From: Bacillales bacterium UBA3207
Lineage (GTDB): Bacteria > Bacillota_I > Bacilli_A > RFN20 > CAG-826
DNA: 64,000 bases
NCBI GenBank assembly: GCA_002363735.1
Contig: DEWP01000017.1
Location: 63,393 to 127,392 of the forward strand
Reading direction: 5' to 3'
Below are positions 10,847-19,716 of the stretch, in pieces (positions within the stretch are counted from its first letter, which is position 1; every line of letters starts with the position of its first letter). The position numbers and the translations under genes are program-made. The notes under the pieces are model-generated. The model did not search any database. It was not told the DNA's origin and saw nothing but the letters and a program-made list of their open reading frames with translations.

Positions 10847-11016
10847 TTCCAGGTAAATTTCCAACCACCTGGAACTGTTGATGATCCTTCTTTCGACATG
10901 AATAACTTATAGATGACCACCGCCATTAATGAGACTGCTAATACAGTTAAGACAGCTGCCAAAGTTAGCTCACCAGGTTTAATCTTAGATAATTCTTCAT
11001 TACTTAATCGTCGCAT
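10843..11016 (-). CDS. Small 57-aa single-pass membrane protein
   Basis: An ORF too short for the track. It starts with ATG preceded by GGAGGA at 7-nt spacing and has one clear TM helix (LTLAAVLTVLAVSLMAVVIYKLF). Its stop overlaps the radC ATG (ATGA). Confidence 0.4.
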   Translation of the reverse strand: MRRLSNEELSKIKPGELTLAAVLTVLAVSLMAVVIYKLFMSKEGSSTVPGGWKFTWK

Positions 11017-11117
11017 AGATTTTTCCTCCTATACTTCTTTTTGCTTAAAGAAATGAAGAAATTATCAAATAAATAAAAAAGGTGCTTATGCACCTTATTT
11101 TTTTAATGTGGGACAAC

Positions 11118-11594
11118 TTATTTTGTTGTTAATTTTAAGATTTCAACTTTGTATTCACGAGCAACGCGAACGACGCAGACATCACCAATTTTTTTACCAA
11201 CAATTGCTTTTCCTAATGGAGAAACGTTGGAAATAAGTCCTTTAGTTGGGTTAGCTTCAACTGTACCAACAATGGTGTAAGTCGCGATAGAATTATCGCT
11301 TAAATCTTTAATTTCAACAGTTGAACCAAGAGCAACTAATTTGCTGACTTTGGTCTTTTCATCGATGATTTTAGCATTTGCTAAGATATTTTCGATTTCT
11401 TTAATACGAGCTTCAACTTCAGCTTGTTTGTTTCTAGCTGCATCATAGTCAGCGTTTTCGCTTAAGTCACCTTGAGCACGTGCAGCAGCAAGTTGCTCTA
11501 AGACTTCTGGACGATCAATATCGATTAAATGACGAAGTTCTTTATTTAACTTAGCTTCGCCTTCTTTTGTTAATTCAATTTTTTCTGTGGCCAT
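11118..11594 (-). CDS. greA: Transcription elongation factor GreA
   Basis: 158 aa with a coiled-coil N-terminus and FKBP-like C-terminus. Good GreA match. Confidence 0.95.
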   Translation of the reverse strand: MATEKIELTKEGEAKLNKELRHLIDIDRPEVLEQLAAARAQGDLSENADYDAARNKQAEVEARIKEIENILANAKIIDEKTKVSKLVALGSTVEIKDLSDNSIATYTIVGTVEANPTKGLISNVSPLGKAIVGKKIGDVCVVRVAREYKVEILKLTTK

Positions 11595-11657
11595 CTTTCG
11601 ACCTCCTAAATCGCAATAAAGAGTTTACCAATCATCTTTGATGTTGTAAACAACAAA

Positions 11658-11930
11658 TTACTTAATTTCCTTCATTTTTGGGTCTTCAAGGAAACAATTG
11701 AAAACTTCTTCAACTTCATCAAGTTCTTTTTCGTCTTCAATTACTTCAATTGAGGAATCTTTTTCATTAATTGAAACTGGGATGACATTGTCTTCATCAC
11801 CTTCTTTATAAAGAAAGGCATACATTTTATGACGTTCTTCATTTTCGTAAGTGAAAAGAATTTTCATCACTTGTTCTTGACCATTTTCATCTGTAATGGC
11901 GATTTCATTATCTAATAGTGGATGATTCAT
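11658..11930 (-). CDS. DUF1292 family protein (YrzB-like)
   Basis: Small acidic protein in the conserved alaS-ruvX neighbourhood. Confidence 0.7.
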   Translation of the reverse strand: MNHPLLDNEIAITDENGQEQVMKILFTYENEERHKMYAFLYKEGDEDNVIPVSINEKDSSIEVIEDEKELDEVEEVFNCFLEDPKMKEIK

Positions 11931-12358
11931 TTTTTCTCCTCCATTTTTCTTAGATATCTTTCTAAGATGACCACTGCGGCATATTCATCGACGAGTGATT
12001 TTCTTTTTTCATAACTAAGATTCATTTCTTTTAGTTTTTCATCAGCGTCAAGCGTGGAATAAGATTCATCAATTTCATGAATAATCAATTCATTATTTGC
12101 TTTTAGCAAATCTTCTTTAAATCTTAAGCAACTTTTCGCGTGTGGAGATAGGTCTCCAGATTCATAATAAGGAACGCCTAGAACAATTTCTTTGATGTCT
12201 TCTGAGGCGCAAATTTCTAAAATGTGTTCTCGCGCTTTTTTAAAATTTCCTGGTTCAAAGCAAAATGTTTCTCGTCCATGAATAGCAATTCCTAAAGCAT
12301 CAGTTGAGGCAATGCCAACTGTTGTTGTTCCTAAATCAAGAGCGAGAATTTTGCTCAT
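11927..12358 (-). CDS. ruvX: Putative pre-16S rRNA nuclease / Holliday junction resolvase-like YqgF
   Basis: N-terminus ILALDLGTTTVGIA and RNase H-like fold. Overlaps alaS. Confidence 0.9.
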   Translation of the reverse strand: MSKILALDLGTTTVGIASTDALGIAIHGRETFCFEPGNFKKAREHILEICASEDIKEIVLGVPYYESGDLSPHAKSCLRFKEDLLKANNELIIHEIDESYSTLDADEKLKEMNLSYEKRKSLVDEYAAVVILERYLRKMEEKK

Positions 12359-14961
12359 TGAAGAAGCTCCTTAAATAATTCAATAGCCGAATCAATCTTT
12401 GATTCATCACGACCAGAACCGTTCGCCATATTTGGACGTCCGCCGCCTCCACCTCCAAGGTGTTTGGCGACTTCACGAACGAGGTTTCCAGCCATATTTT
12501 TTCTTAAGGCAGTTCCACCAATAAAGATGGAAATCGGGAGTGATTGACCTTCACCACCGATTAATAAAATAGCGTAATCTGGGAATTTAACTTTCAGGTC
12601 ATCACCCATCGAGTTAAGGTTCTCCATCGAGGCACCTTTAACGTATTTTGTCAGCACTTTGTATGATTTGAAATCAATGAATTGATTTAATGCATCATTT
12701 GCGTTTTCTTGAGAAATACGATCCATTAAGGAAGTTAAACGACGATTCACATCAGAAAGTTGTTCTAAGATAGAATGAATTTTATCTTTAGCTTCCTGAG
12801 CATTTTTGGCTCCGACACTTTCTACTAAAGCTTTCAAAGCATCCTGGCGTTCTTTAATTAATTGATATGCGCCCGTTGATGAACGTCCTTCGATACGACG
12901 GACACCAGAAGCAATTGAAGATTCACTTTCAATGACAAAGACACCGATGTCAGAAGTATTTTTAACGTGACATCCACCACAGAATTCGATGGATTCGTTG
13001 CCAAAGGCAACAACACGAACTTCATCACCATATTTTTCTGAGAAGAATGCTTTTGCACCTAGCTTATTTGCTTCGTTAATCGACATCACACGAATGTTTG
13101 ATGGAATTGATGCACTAATTAAGCGATTAACTTCTTTTTCGATTGCATTTAATTCTTCATCAGTGATTTTACTATAATGAGTGAAGTCAAAACGAAGATA
13201 ATCTTTGCAAACATATGAACCCATTTGTTTAATGTGGTTGCCTAAGACTTTGTCTAAAGCGGCTTGTAATAAGTGAGTAGCAGAGTGGTTACGTTCGGTT
13301 AAACGACGTTCTTCAATGTTAATTTCAACGTGAACTTTATCACCTTCTTTGATTGATCCACGTTTTACTTTAACAGCATGTAAATGTTGTTTATTTGGCG
13401 CTTTAATAACATTGTATACTTCTAAAGAAGTATCGTTATTAGAGATTTCACCTGTATCAGCGACTTCACCACCGGATTCAGCATAGAAATTAGTTTGAGA
13501 AAGAATAATTTCACCTTCGTCTTTAATTTCTTTTACTCTAACGCCGTCTTTAAAACAACCAATGACAGTTGCATCAAGAGGTTCCTCATCATATACAAAT
13601 GATGAAGGTTCAACAAATTCAAGTAAATCTTTGGATTGTTTATGCATACTTTGAGCATTGCTACGAGCTTGTCGAGCACGTTCTTTTTGCTTTTCCATTT
13701 CTTTTTCAAAACCAGCACGATCAACTTTAACATTCTTTTCGACACAGATTTCAATTGTTAAATCGATTGGGAAACCAAATGTATCATAGAGTTTGAATGC
13801 ATCAGCTCCAGAAAGTTCTTTTTTGCCAACAATCATTTCACGAAGCAAAGCTTCACCAGTGGCGAGTGTTTCGAGAAATTTTTCTTCTTCGGCACGAACC
13901 ATCTTGGCAATTGAAGGACCTTTTGAAATGTTTTCTGGATAGAATTTCGCATAGATGTTAATCACAACATCAACAAGCGAATACATAAATGGTTTTTCAA
14001 TGCCGATTTGTTTAGCAAATCTCATTGCACGACGAACTAGTCTACGTAAAACGTAGCCACGTCCTTCATTGGAGAAGATTTCGCCATCAGCAATGGCAAA
14101 TGTAACAGCACGAATATGATCAGCAATAACTCGATAATTTGTTAAATAAGGTTTTTCATAAGGAACATTAGCAAGTTTTTCAATTGCTTTGATAATTGGC
14201 ATAAATAAGTCAGTTTCAAAGTTTGAATCGGTTCCTTGTAATACAGAAGCAATTCTTTCTAAACCTGCACCTGTATCAATGTTTTTGCTTGGGAGTTCTT
14301 TATATTCACTTCGAGGGGTGCCTGGAACAGCGTTATATTGTGAAAACACAATACCCCAGATTTCAATATAACGGTCATTTTCAATTTCTTCGCGGAGTAA
14401 ACGTTCTCCAAGATGATTTGGATCATATTTTTCTCCACGGTCAAAGAAAACTTCTGTGTTTGGACCAGCTGGACCTTCACCAATTTCCCAATAGTTTCCT
14501 TCAAGAGGAATTAAATGAGATTCTTCAACACCTTCTTTTAACCAAAGTTGGTGGGTTTCTTCATCAATCGGATTATATGTAAAATAAAGTTTATCTTTTG
14601 GCATTCCGAAATATTTCTCACTAGTGAGAATTTCAAAAGCGTACGGAATCACTTCTTTCTTAAAATAATCACCAATGGAGAAGTTTCCTAGCATTTCAAA
14701 AAATGTATGGTGACGAGCAGTAAATCCAACATTTTCAATGTCGTTTGTACGAATTGATTTTTGGACGTTTGTAATTCTTCGGCTTGGTGGTACTTCACTT
14801 CCATCCATATATTTTTTTAACGCCGCAACACCGGAGTTAATCCAAAGTAATGTTGGATCTTGATATGGGATAAGTGATGCACCTTTTTCAATGTGGTGAC
14901 CTTTTGACTTAAAAAAGTTTAACCACGTTTCTCTAATTTCTTGACCAGTCATGTATTTCAT
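12355..14961 (-). CDS. alaS: Alanine--tRNA ligase
   Basis: 868 aa with class II motifs, an editing domain (HxxxH...CxxxH) and a C-terminal DHHA1-like domain. Confidence 0.95.
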   Translation of the reverse strand: MKYMTGQEIRETWLNFFKSKGHHIEKGASLIPYQDPTLLWINSGVAALKKYMDGSEVPPSRRITNVQKSIRTNDIENVGFTARHHTFFEMLGNFSIGDYFKKEVIPYAFEILTSEKYFGMPKDKLYFTYNPIDEETHQLWLKEGVEESHLIPLEGNYWEIGEGPAGPNTEVFFDRGEKYDPNHLGERLLREEIENDRYIEIWGIVFSQYNAVPGTPRSEYKELPSKNIDTGAGLERIASVLQGTDSNFETDLFMPIIKAIEKLANVPYEKPYLTNYRVIADHIRAVTFAIADGEIFSNEGRGYVLRRLVRRAMRFAKQIGIEKPFMYSLVDVVINIYAKFYPENISKGPSIAKMVRAEEEKFLETLATGEALLREMIVGKKELSGADAFKLYDTFGFPIDLTIEICVEKNVKVDRAGFEKEMEKQKERARQARSNAQSMHKQSKDLLEFVEPSSFVYDEEPLDATVIGCFKDGVRVKEIKDEGEIILSQTNFYAESGGEVADTGEISNNDTSLEVYNVIKAPNKQHLHAVKVKRGSIKEGDKVHVEINIEERRLTERNHSATHLLQAALDKVLGNHIKQMGSYVCKDYLRFDFTHYSKITDEELNAIEKEVNRLISASIPSNIRVMSINEANKLGAKAFFSEKYGDEVRVVAFGNESIEFCGGCHVKNTSDIGVFVIESESSIASGVRRIEGRSSTGAYQLIKERQDALKALVESVGAKNAQEAKDKIHSILEQLSDVNRRLTSLMDRISQENANDALNQFIDFKSYKVLTKYVKGASMENLNSMGDDLKVKFPDYAILLIGGEGQSLPISIFIGGTALRKNMAGNLVREVAKHLGGGGGGRPNMANGSGRDESKIDSAIELFKELLQ

Positions 14962-14964
14962 ATT

Positions 14965-15160
14965 GTGGCCTCCTAAACAAAATAAAAAAGTATTTCAGAG
15001 GAACGAACTATCGCGGTACCATCCTCTTTCAATACTTTGTATTGCACTTAATTAAATTCTCTTTAACGCAGAGACACGATGATTCTTCATCATCTCCAAA
15101 GGAGTGGCAGGTTCCTTTATCGGAGCACAATAAATATATCACAAATTCGAATAATTAAAA
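14965..15160 (-). ncRNA. T-box riboswitch leader (Ala specifier) controlling alaS
   Basis: The minus strand carries the T-box core GAGGAUGGUACCGCGAUAG (plus coordinates 15011-15029). It is followed by a terminator helix and U-tract just before the alaS RBS. A stem-I candidate presents GCC-A (CCUGCCACUCC), consistent with an Ala codon plus the purine 3' to it. Confidence 0.6.
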
Positions 15161-15161
15161 A

Positions 15162-16577
15162 TTATTTTAGAATTTCTGGATATTTTTTCATTAAGTAGTC
15201 AAGATCTTTATCACCTCGACCACTTAAATTAACTAGAATTGAACCTGAATGTCTGGTGCGAGCAATCCGAATGGCATAAGCAAGTGCATGAGCTGATTCA
15301 ATTGCTGGAATGATTCCTTCTAATCGAGATAAAAGTTTAAATGCTTCTAAAGCTTCTTCATCCGTCACACTATCGTATTCAACTCGACCAATATCATGAA
15401 GGAAACAATGTTCTGGTCCAACACCTGGATAATCTAAGCCTGAAGCAATTGAATAAGCGTTTGCAACACTTCCATCCTTGTTTAATAAAACTTTGTTCTT
15501 AAAACCATGTAAAACGTATTCTTTGCCGAAAGTCATTGATGCAGCATTTTTACCAATTTCTTTTCCTTTTCCCATTGGTTCAACACCAACAATTTGGACC
15601 GGATCATTTAGGAAAGCTTCAAACATACCGATAGCGTTAGAACCGCCACCAACACATGCACAAACAATATCAGGTAATTCACCAGTCATTTGGATGAATT
15701 GTTCACGTGCTTCTCGACCAATAATTTCTTGGAAATCACGGACAATTAATGGATAAGGATGCGGTCCAACTGCAGAACCCATTAAATAAAATGCATCTTT
15801 TGATTCTTTTAAATAATTAGCAAAAGCGACATCAACCGCTTCTTTTAATGTTTGGGTTCCTTCATAAACTGGAATAACGCGTGCTCCAAGCATTTTCATT
15901 CGGTTCACGTTTGGTGCTTGCTTTTCCATATCAACAGCGCCCATATAAATGTCGCATTTTAAACCAAAATAAGCAGCAGCTGTGGCAACTGCTGAGCCAT
16001 GGCTTCCAGCACCTGTTTCGGCAATTAGCTTAGTTTTACCGAGATATTTTGCTAAAAGTGCTTGTCCCATACAGTTATTTAATTTATGTGAACCATTATG
16101 GTTAAGGTCTTCTCTTTTTAAATAAATCTGAACTTTTCCTAAATAATTTGACAGTCTTTCACAATGATAAACTGGTGTTGGACGACCTTGATAATTACGG
16201 CGAATCTCGCGTAATTCATTAATAAATTTAGAAGATTTACATATTGTGAGGTAAGCGTTATAGATATCTTGGAAAATTTTGTTTGTTTTTTCATCAAAAT
16301 AAGAACCGCCATATTTACCAAAATAACCGTCTTTTGTTGGATATTCTTTACGATATGTTGCGAAATTTATATGTTCTGGTTGATTAATTTTGATCGGGTT
16401 TGTTTTACCTCTTCGATCAAGTGGTTTTGGTGCGTTATCAGGAATCAGATAGGCTTTACCTTTCTTCTTTAATCCTTCAATACGATTTTCTTGACATAAA
16501 ACACGAACTCTACGTTCGTTAATTCCCCATTTTTGAGCGGCTTCTTTAACTGATATATACATTATTCCGTTCCTCAA
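15162..16577 (-). CDS. trpB: Tryptophan synthase beta-like (TrpB2-type) PLP enzyme with an N-terminal HTH_17 DNA-binding domain
   Basis: Residues ~8-50 ([28 protein letters not shown]) look like an excisionase/MerR-like HTH. The rest carries TrpB motifs ([10 protein letters not shown] with the PLP lysine; [17 protein letters not shown]; [10 protein letters not shown]). There is no in-frame stop between the two parts. Confidence 0.8.
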   Translation of the reverse strand: MRNGIMYISVKEAAQKWGINERRVRVLCQENRIEGLKKKGKAYLIPDNAPKPLDRRGKTNPIKINQPEHINFATYRKEYPTKDGYFGKYGGSYFDEKTNKIFQDIYNAYLTICKSSKFINELREIRRNYQGRPTPVYHCERLSNYLGKVQIYLKREDLNHNGSHKLNNCMGQALLAKYLGKTKLIAETGAGSHGSAVATAAAYFGLKCDIYMGAVDMEKQAPNVNRMKMLGARVIPVYEGTQTLKEAVDVAFANYLKESKDAFYLMGSAVGPHPYPLIVRDFQEIIGREAREQFIQMTGELPDIVCACVGGGSNAIGMFEAFLNDPVQIVGVEPMGKGKEIGKNAASMTFGKEYVLHGFKNKVLLNKDGSVANAYSIASGLDYPGVGPEHCFLHDIGRVEYDSVTDEEALEAFKLLSRLEGIIPAIESAHALAYAIRIARTRHSGSILVNLSGRGDKDLDYLMKKYPEILK

Positions 16578-16725
16578 CTTTCGGCACTATTATAAAATGC
16601 CGTAATATTAATTACAAGAACAATTAAAAAACTGGTAAAAAATTTTTTATATACAAGAAGTCTTAAATTTTGTAGAATTTAATCAATATTTTGCGAATTT
16701 CGTAATCATTAAATTATTAGAAATC

Positions 16726-16742
16726 TTTCACTTTTTGTGAAA
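16726..16742. promoter_or_regulatory. Perfect inverted repeat TTTCAC-N5-GTGAAA in the divergent promoter region
   Basis: A 6-5-6 palindrome lies ~35 nt upstream of the ABC substrate-binding gene. A TGTAGAAT extended -10-like box is at ~16665. Confidence 0.35.
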
Positions 16743-16776
16743 AGAATATCAATAGAAAGCTATTAGAGGAATCGAT

Positions 16777-17766
16777 ATGAAAAAAGGCTCATTACTTCTC
16801 GCTGTTGCTTCAATTGCAGCACTTGCTGCCTGTGGCAAAACTGGCATTAAAGTTAATCCAGATAAACAAAAATATGTCGTCGGAATTGCTCAATTTGATG
16901 TGCATCCAGCTCTCGATGCAGCAACTGCGGGTTTTAAATCAAAACTTACTGCTTTATTAAAAGCAGAAGGTCGTGAAGTTAAATTCGAAGAAACAAACGC
17001 TGCTGGAGAAATTCCAAACTGCACAACGATTGTTAATTCATTAGTTTCAAAGGATGTTGACTTAATCTTAGCTAATGCGACTCCATGTTTGTCAGCCGCA
17101 TACACTGCAACAAGTTATATTCCAATTCTAGGAACATCCGTAACTGAATATGGCGTTGCATGCGATATTGAAATTGAAGATGGAAAAACAAAAATCAATG
17201 TTTCTGGAACAAGTGATCTTGCACCACTAGATGAACAAGTTAGAACAATGTTTGAACTTTTCCCAAATGCAACCAAATATGGAATCTTATATTCCGCTGA
17301 AGAAGCAAACTCCAAATTCCAAGTTACTGAAGTTAAAAAACTTCTAGAAAATGCTGGTAAAACCGTTAAAACTTATCCAATTACAGGCACAGATACAGTT
17401 CAAGCTGTCTGTAATTCCGCAAAAGATGAAGATGTTGTTTATATTCCAACAGATAACTTCTGTGCTAAAAACGTAGAAACAATTGCAGCAATCTTTGATG
17501 GTGATGATACTCCAATTTTTGCTGGTGAATCCGGCACATGTGAAGGTTGCGGAGTTGCAACTTTATCGATTAACTACACTCGTTTAGGTGAAATTACTGG
17601 TGAAATGGCATTTAATGTTTTACTTGGTAAAAAAGATATTCGTGAATATCCAATTCAATACGATACTGATGTGAAAAAATATTATGTTGCCTCACGTTGT
17701 GATGCATTAAATATTGAAATTCCAGCTGATGCTGGCTATGAAGAATTAGTTATCGAAGAGGAATAA
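16777..17766 (+). CDS. ABC transporter substrate-binding lipoprotein (COG2984/ABC_sub_bind family, TrpX-like)
   Basis: Signal peptide and lipobox LAACG. The SBP fold is of the uncharacterised-transport type that in Firmicutes is often linked to tryptophan (trpXYZ). Confidence 0.75.
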   Translation: MKKGSLLLAVASIAALAACGKTGIKVNPDKQKYVVGIAQFDVHPALDAATAGFKSKLTALLKAEGREVKFEETNAAGEIPNCTTIVNSLVSKDVDLILANATPCLSAAYTATSYIPILGTSVTEYGVACDIEIEDGKTKINVSGTSDLAPLDEQVRTMFELFPNATKYGILYSAEEANSKFQVTEVKKLLENAGKTVKTYPITGTDTVQAVCNSAKDEDVVYIPTDNFCAKNVETIAAIFDGDDTPIFAGESGTCEGCGVATLSINYTRLGEITGEMAFNVLLGKKDIREYPIQYDTDVKKYYVASRCDALNIEIPADAGYEELVIEEE

Positions 17767-17777
17767 ATAGACACAAA

Positions 17778-18689
17778 ATGGCAGGTTTTTTAAATTCACT
17801 TCCATCTGTAATCGATCAAGGTTTAATCTGGGGCATCATGGCCATCGGAGTTTTTATCACATTTAAGATTCTTGATTTTGCTGATTTAACTGTTGATGGT
17901 TCATTTGCTACAGGTGGATGTTTATTTGCTGTTTTGACAGCTGCAAAAGTGCCAGTTCCGCTAGGATTTTTCATCTCTTTTTGTGCTGGATCTCTTGCTG
18001 GTTTAATCACCGCACTCATTCATTGTTATTTAGGAATTCCTGGGATTTTAGCGGGGATTTTAACTCAATTAATGCTTTGGTCCATTAACTACAAGATTCT
18101 TGGACAAGCAACTTTACCAGTCAAAAGTCGAGATGCCTTAATCTCCATGAATGCTAATTCAGGAGTTTATACAACAATTCCAATTGTTATTGGGATTGCT
18201 GTTGCTTTGATTTTGCTTTTATATTGGTTCTTTGGAACCAAATATGGCTCTTCAATTCGTGCTACTGGTTCAAACCAAGATATGGCAAAAGCAAATGGAA
18301 TTAATATTCATTCTAGAAAGATTGTTGCCTTAATGATTTCTAACGGAATTGTTGCATTTTCTGGTGCAATTCTCGCTCGTTTCCAAGGTTCTGCTGATAT
18401 TAATATGGGCCGAGGAGCAATTGTTATTGGCTTAGCGGCAATTGTTATTGGAACAACTCTTTTTGCTCGTTTATCAAAGAATTTTGCTCTCAGTATGGGA
18501 TTTGTCACAATTGGAGCGATTATTTATTTCTTTGTCTTCCAATTAATTGTTTATTTTACAAACGAACCAGAATTATTGAAGATGCTATCAGCCATTGTTG
18601 TTGCGATCTTCCTAGCAATTCCTTATATCAAAAATGTTTATATTAAAAATGCTCGAGCGAAACATCAAAGAGCGAAGGAGGCTAAATAA
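17778..18689 (+). CDS. ABC transporter permease (COG4120-type, TrpY-like)
   Basis: 303 aa with ~8-9 TM helices, operonic with the SBP and ATPase. Confidence 0.8.
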   Translation: MAGFLNSLPSVIDQGLIWGIMAIGVFITFKILDFADLTVDGSFATGGCLFAVLTAAKVPVPLGFFISFCAGSLAGLITALIHCYLGIPGILAGILTQLMLWSINYKILGQATLPVKSRDALISMNANSGVYTTIPIVIGIAVALILLLYWFFGTKYGSSIRATGSNQDMAKANGINIHSRKIVALMISNGIVAFSGAILARFQGSADINMGRGAIVIGLAAIVIGTTLFARLSKNFALSMGFVTIGAIIYFFVFQLIVYFTNEPELLKMLSAIVVAIFLAIPYIKNVYIKNARAKHQRAKEAK

Positions 18690-19687
18690 TGTTATCTTTT
18701 AAAAACGTTACAAAAGTCTTCTATAAAGGAACTGCTGATGAAAAAGTTGCTTTAGATAATGTTTCTTTCACTATTAATGATGGCGAATTTGTCACCATTA
18801 TCGGAGGAAACGGAAGTGGTAAATCCACCACATTAAATGTTTTAACAGGAAACTTGAATCCTGATTATGGAGCAGTTTTACTAAATGATGTTGATATTAC
18901 AAATTTAGCCGAAAACAAACGAGCTAAATATTTTGCCCGTGTCTTTCAAGACACGAACAAAGGTACTGCTGGATCAATGCAAGTCATTGAAAACATGGCA
19001 ATTGCCTCAAGAAAAGGTGGACGAAACAATTTAGGTTGGTACATCAGCAAAGAACAAAAACAAAAATATATTGAAATGTTAAAAACATTCAATCTAGGTT
19101 TAGAAGATCGTCTAACGACAAAAGTAAGTGTTTTGTCTGGCGGACAACGTCAAGCATTAACTTTGTTAATGGCAACACTACGAGCCGAACCATCACACAA
19201 ACAAATTATTAAAGATTATTCAACTTTCTTTATGGGTGATAAGCAAAAAGCTAAAGAAGAAGTTAGCAAAGTCTATCACGATGCTAAAGAAGAATATAAA
19301 GCAAAACTTGCTGAACTTAAAAAATCGAATCTATCTGCAAAAGAAAAGCATCAAGAAAAACAACGTTTATACAATGAATTTGATGCAAAAATCCGTAAAT
19401 ATGATTTGACTAAACAAATTCTTCTTCTTGATGAACACACCGCAGCTCTTGACCCAAAGACCGCTAAAAAAGTTCTTACATTAACGGAAAAAATTGTGCG
19501 TGAAAATAAATTAACAACGCTCATGGTGACTCATAATATGCGTGATGCGATTCAATATGGAGATCGTCTAATTATGTTCTACGAAGGAAAAATCATTCAT
19601 GATATTTCTGGAGAAGAAAAGAAACAATTAACTGTTGAAAAGCTTCTATCAATGTTTGATGAAGCTGAAGCTAAATCAATTCAATAA
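18689..19687 (+). CDS. ABC transporter ATP-binding protein (COG1101-type, TrpZ-like) carrying a large charged insertion
   Basis: Walker A GGNGSGKST, signature LSGGQRQ, Walker B LLLDEHTAALD and H-loop VTHN. About 75 residues of K/E-rich sequence sit between the signature motif and Walker B. Confidence 0.85.
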   Translation: MLSFKNVTKVFYKGTADEKVALDNVSFTINDGEFVTIIGGNGSGKSTTLNVLTGNLNPDYGAVLLNDVDITNLAENKRAKYFARVFQDTNKGTAGSMQVIENMAIASRKGGRNNLGWYISKEQKQKYIEMLKTFNLGLEDRLTTKVSVLSGGQRQALTLLMATLRAEPSHKQIIKDYSTFFMGDKQKAKEEVSKVYHDAKEEYKAKLAELKKSNLSAKEKHQEKQRLYNEFDAKIRKYDLTKQILLLDEHTAALDPKTAKKVLTLTEKIVRENKLTTLMVTHNMRDAIQYGDRLIMFYEGKIIHDISGEEKKQLTVEKLLSMFDEAEAKSIQ

Positions 19688-19689
19688 AA

Positions 19690-19716
19690 AAATACACACC
19701 TTAAGGTGTGTTTTTT
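19690..19716. terminator. Bidirectional rho-independent terminator between the ABC operon and mnmA
   Basis: Hairpin acacacc-ttaa-ggtgtgt flanked by an A-run and a T-run. Confidence 0.7.

Noticed and set aside
16578-16776. Expected Trp T-box upstream of the TrpXYZ-like ABC transporter
   Set aside because: No GGUGG-ACCGCG T-box core is present on the + strand of this region. Only a TTTCAC-N5-GTGAAA palindrome and promoter-like boxes were found.
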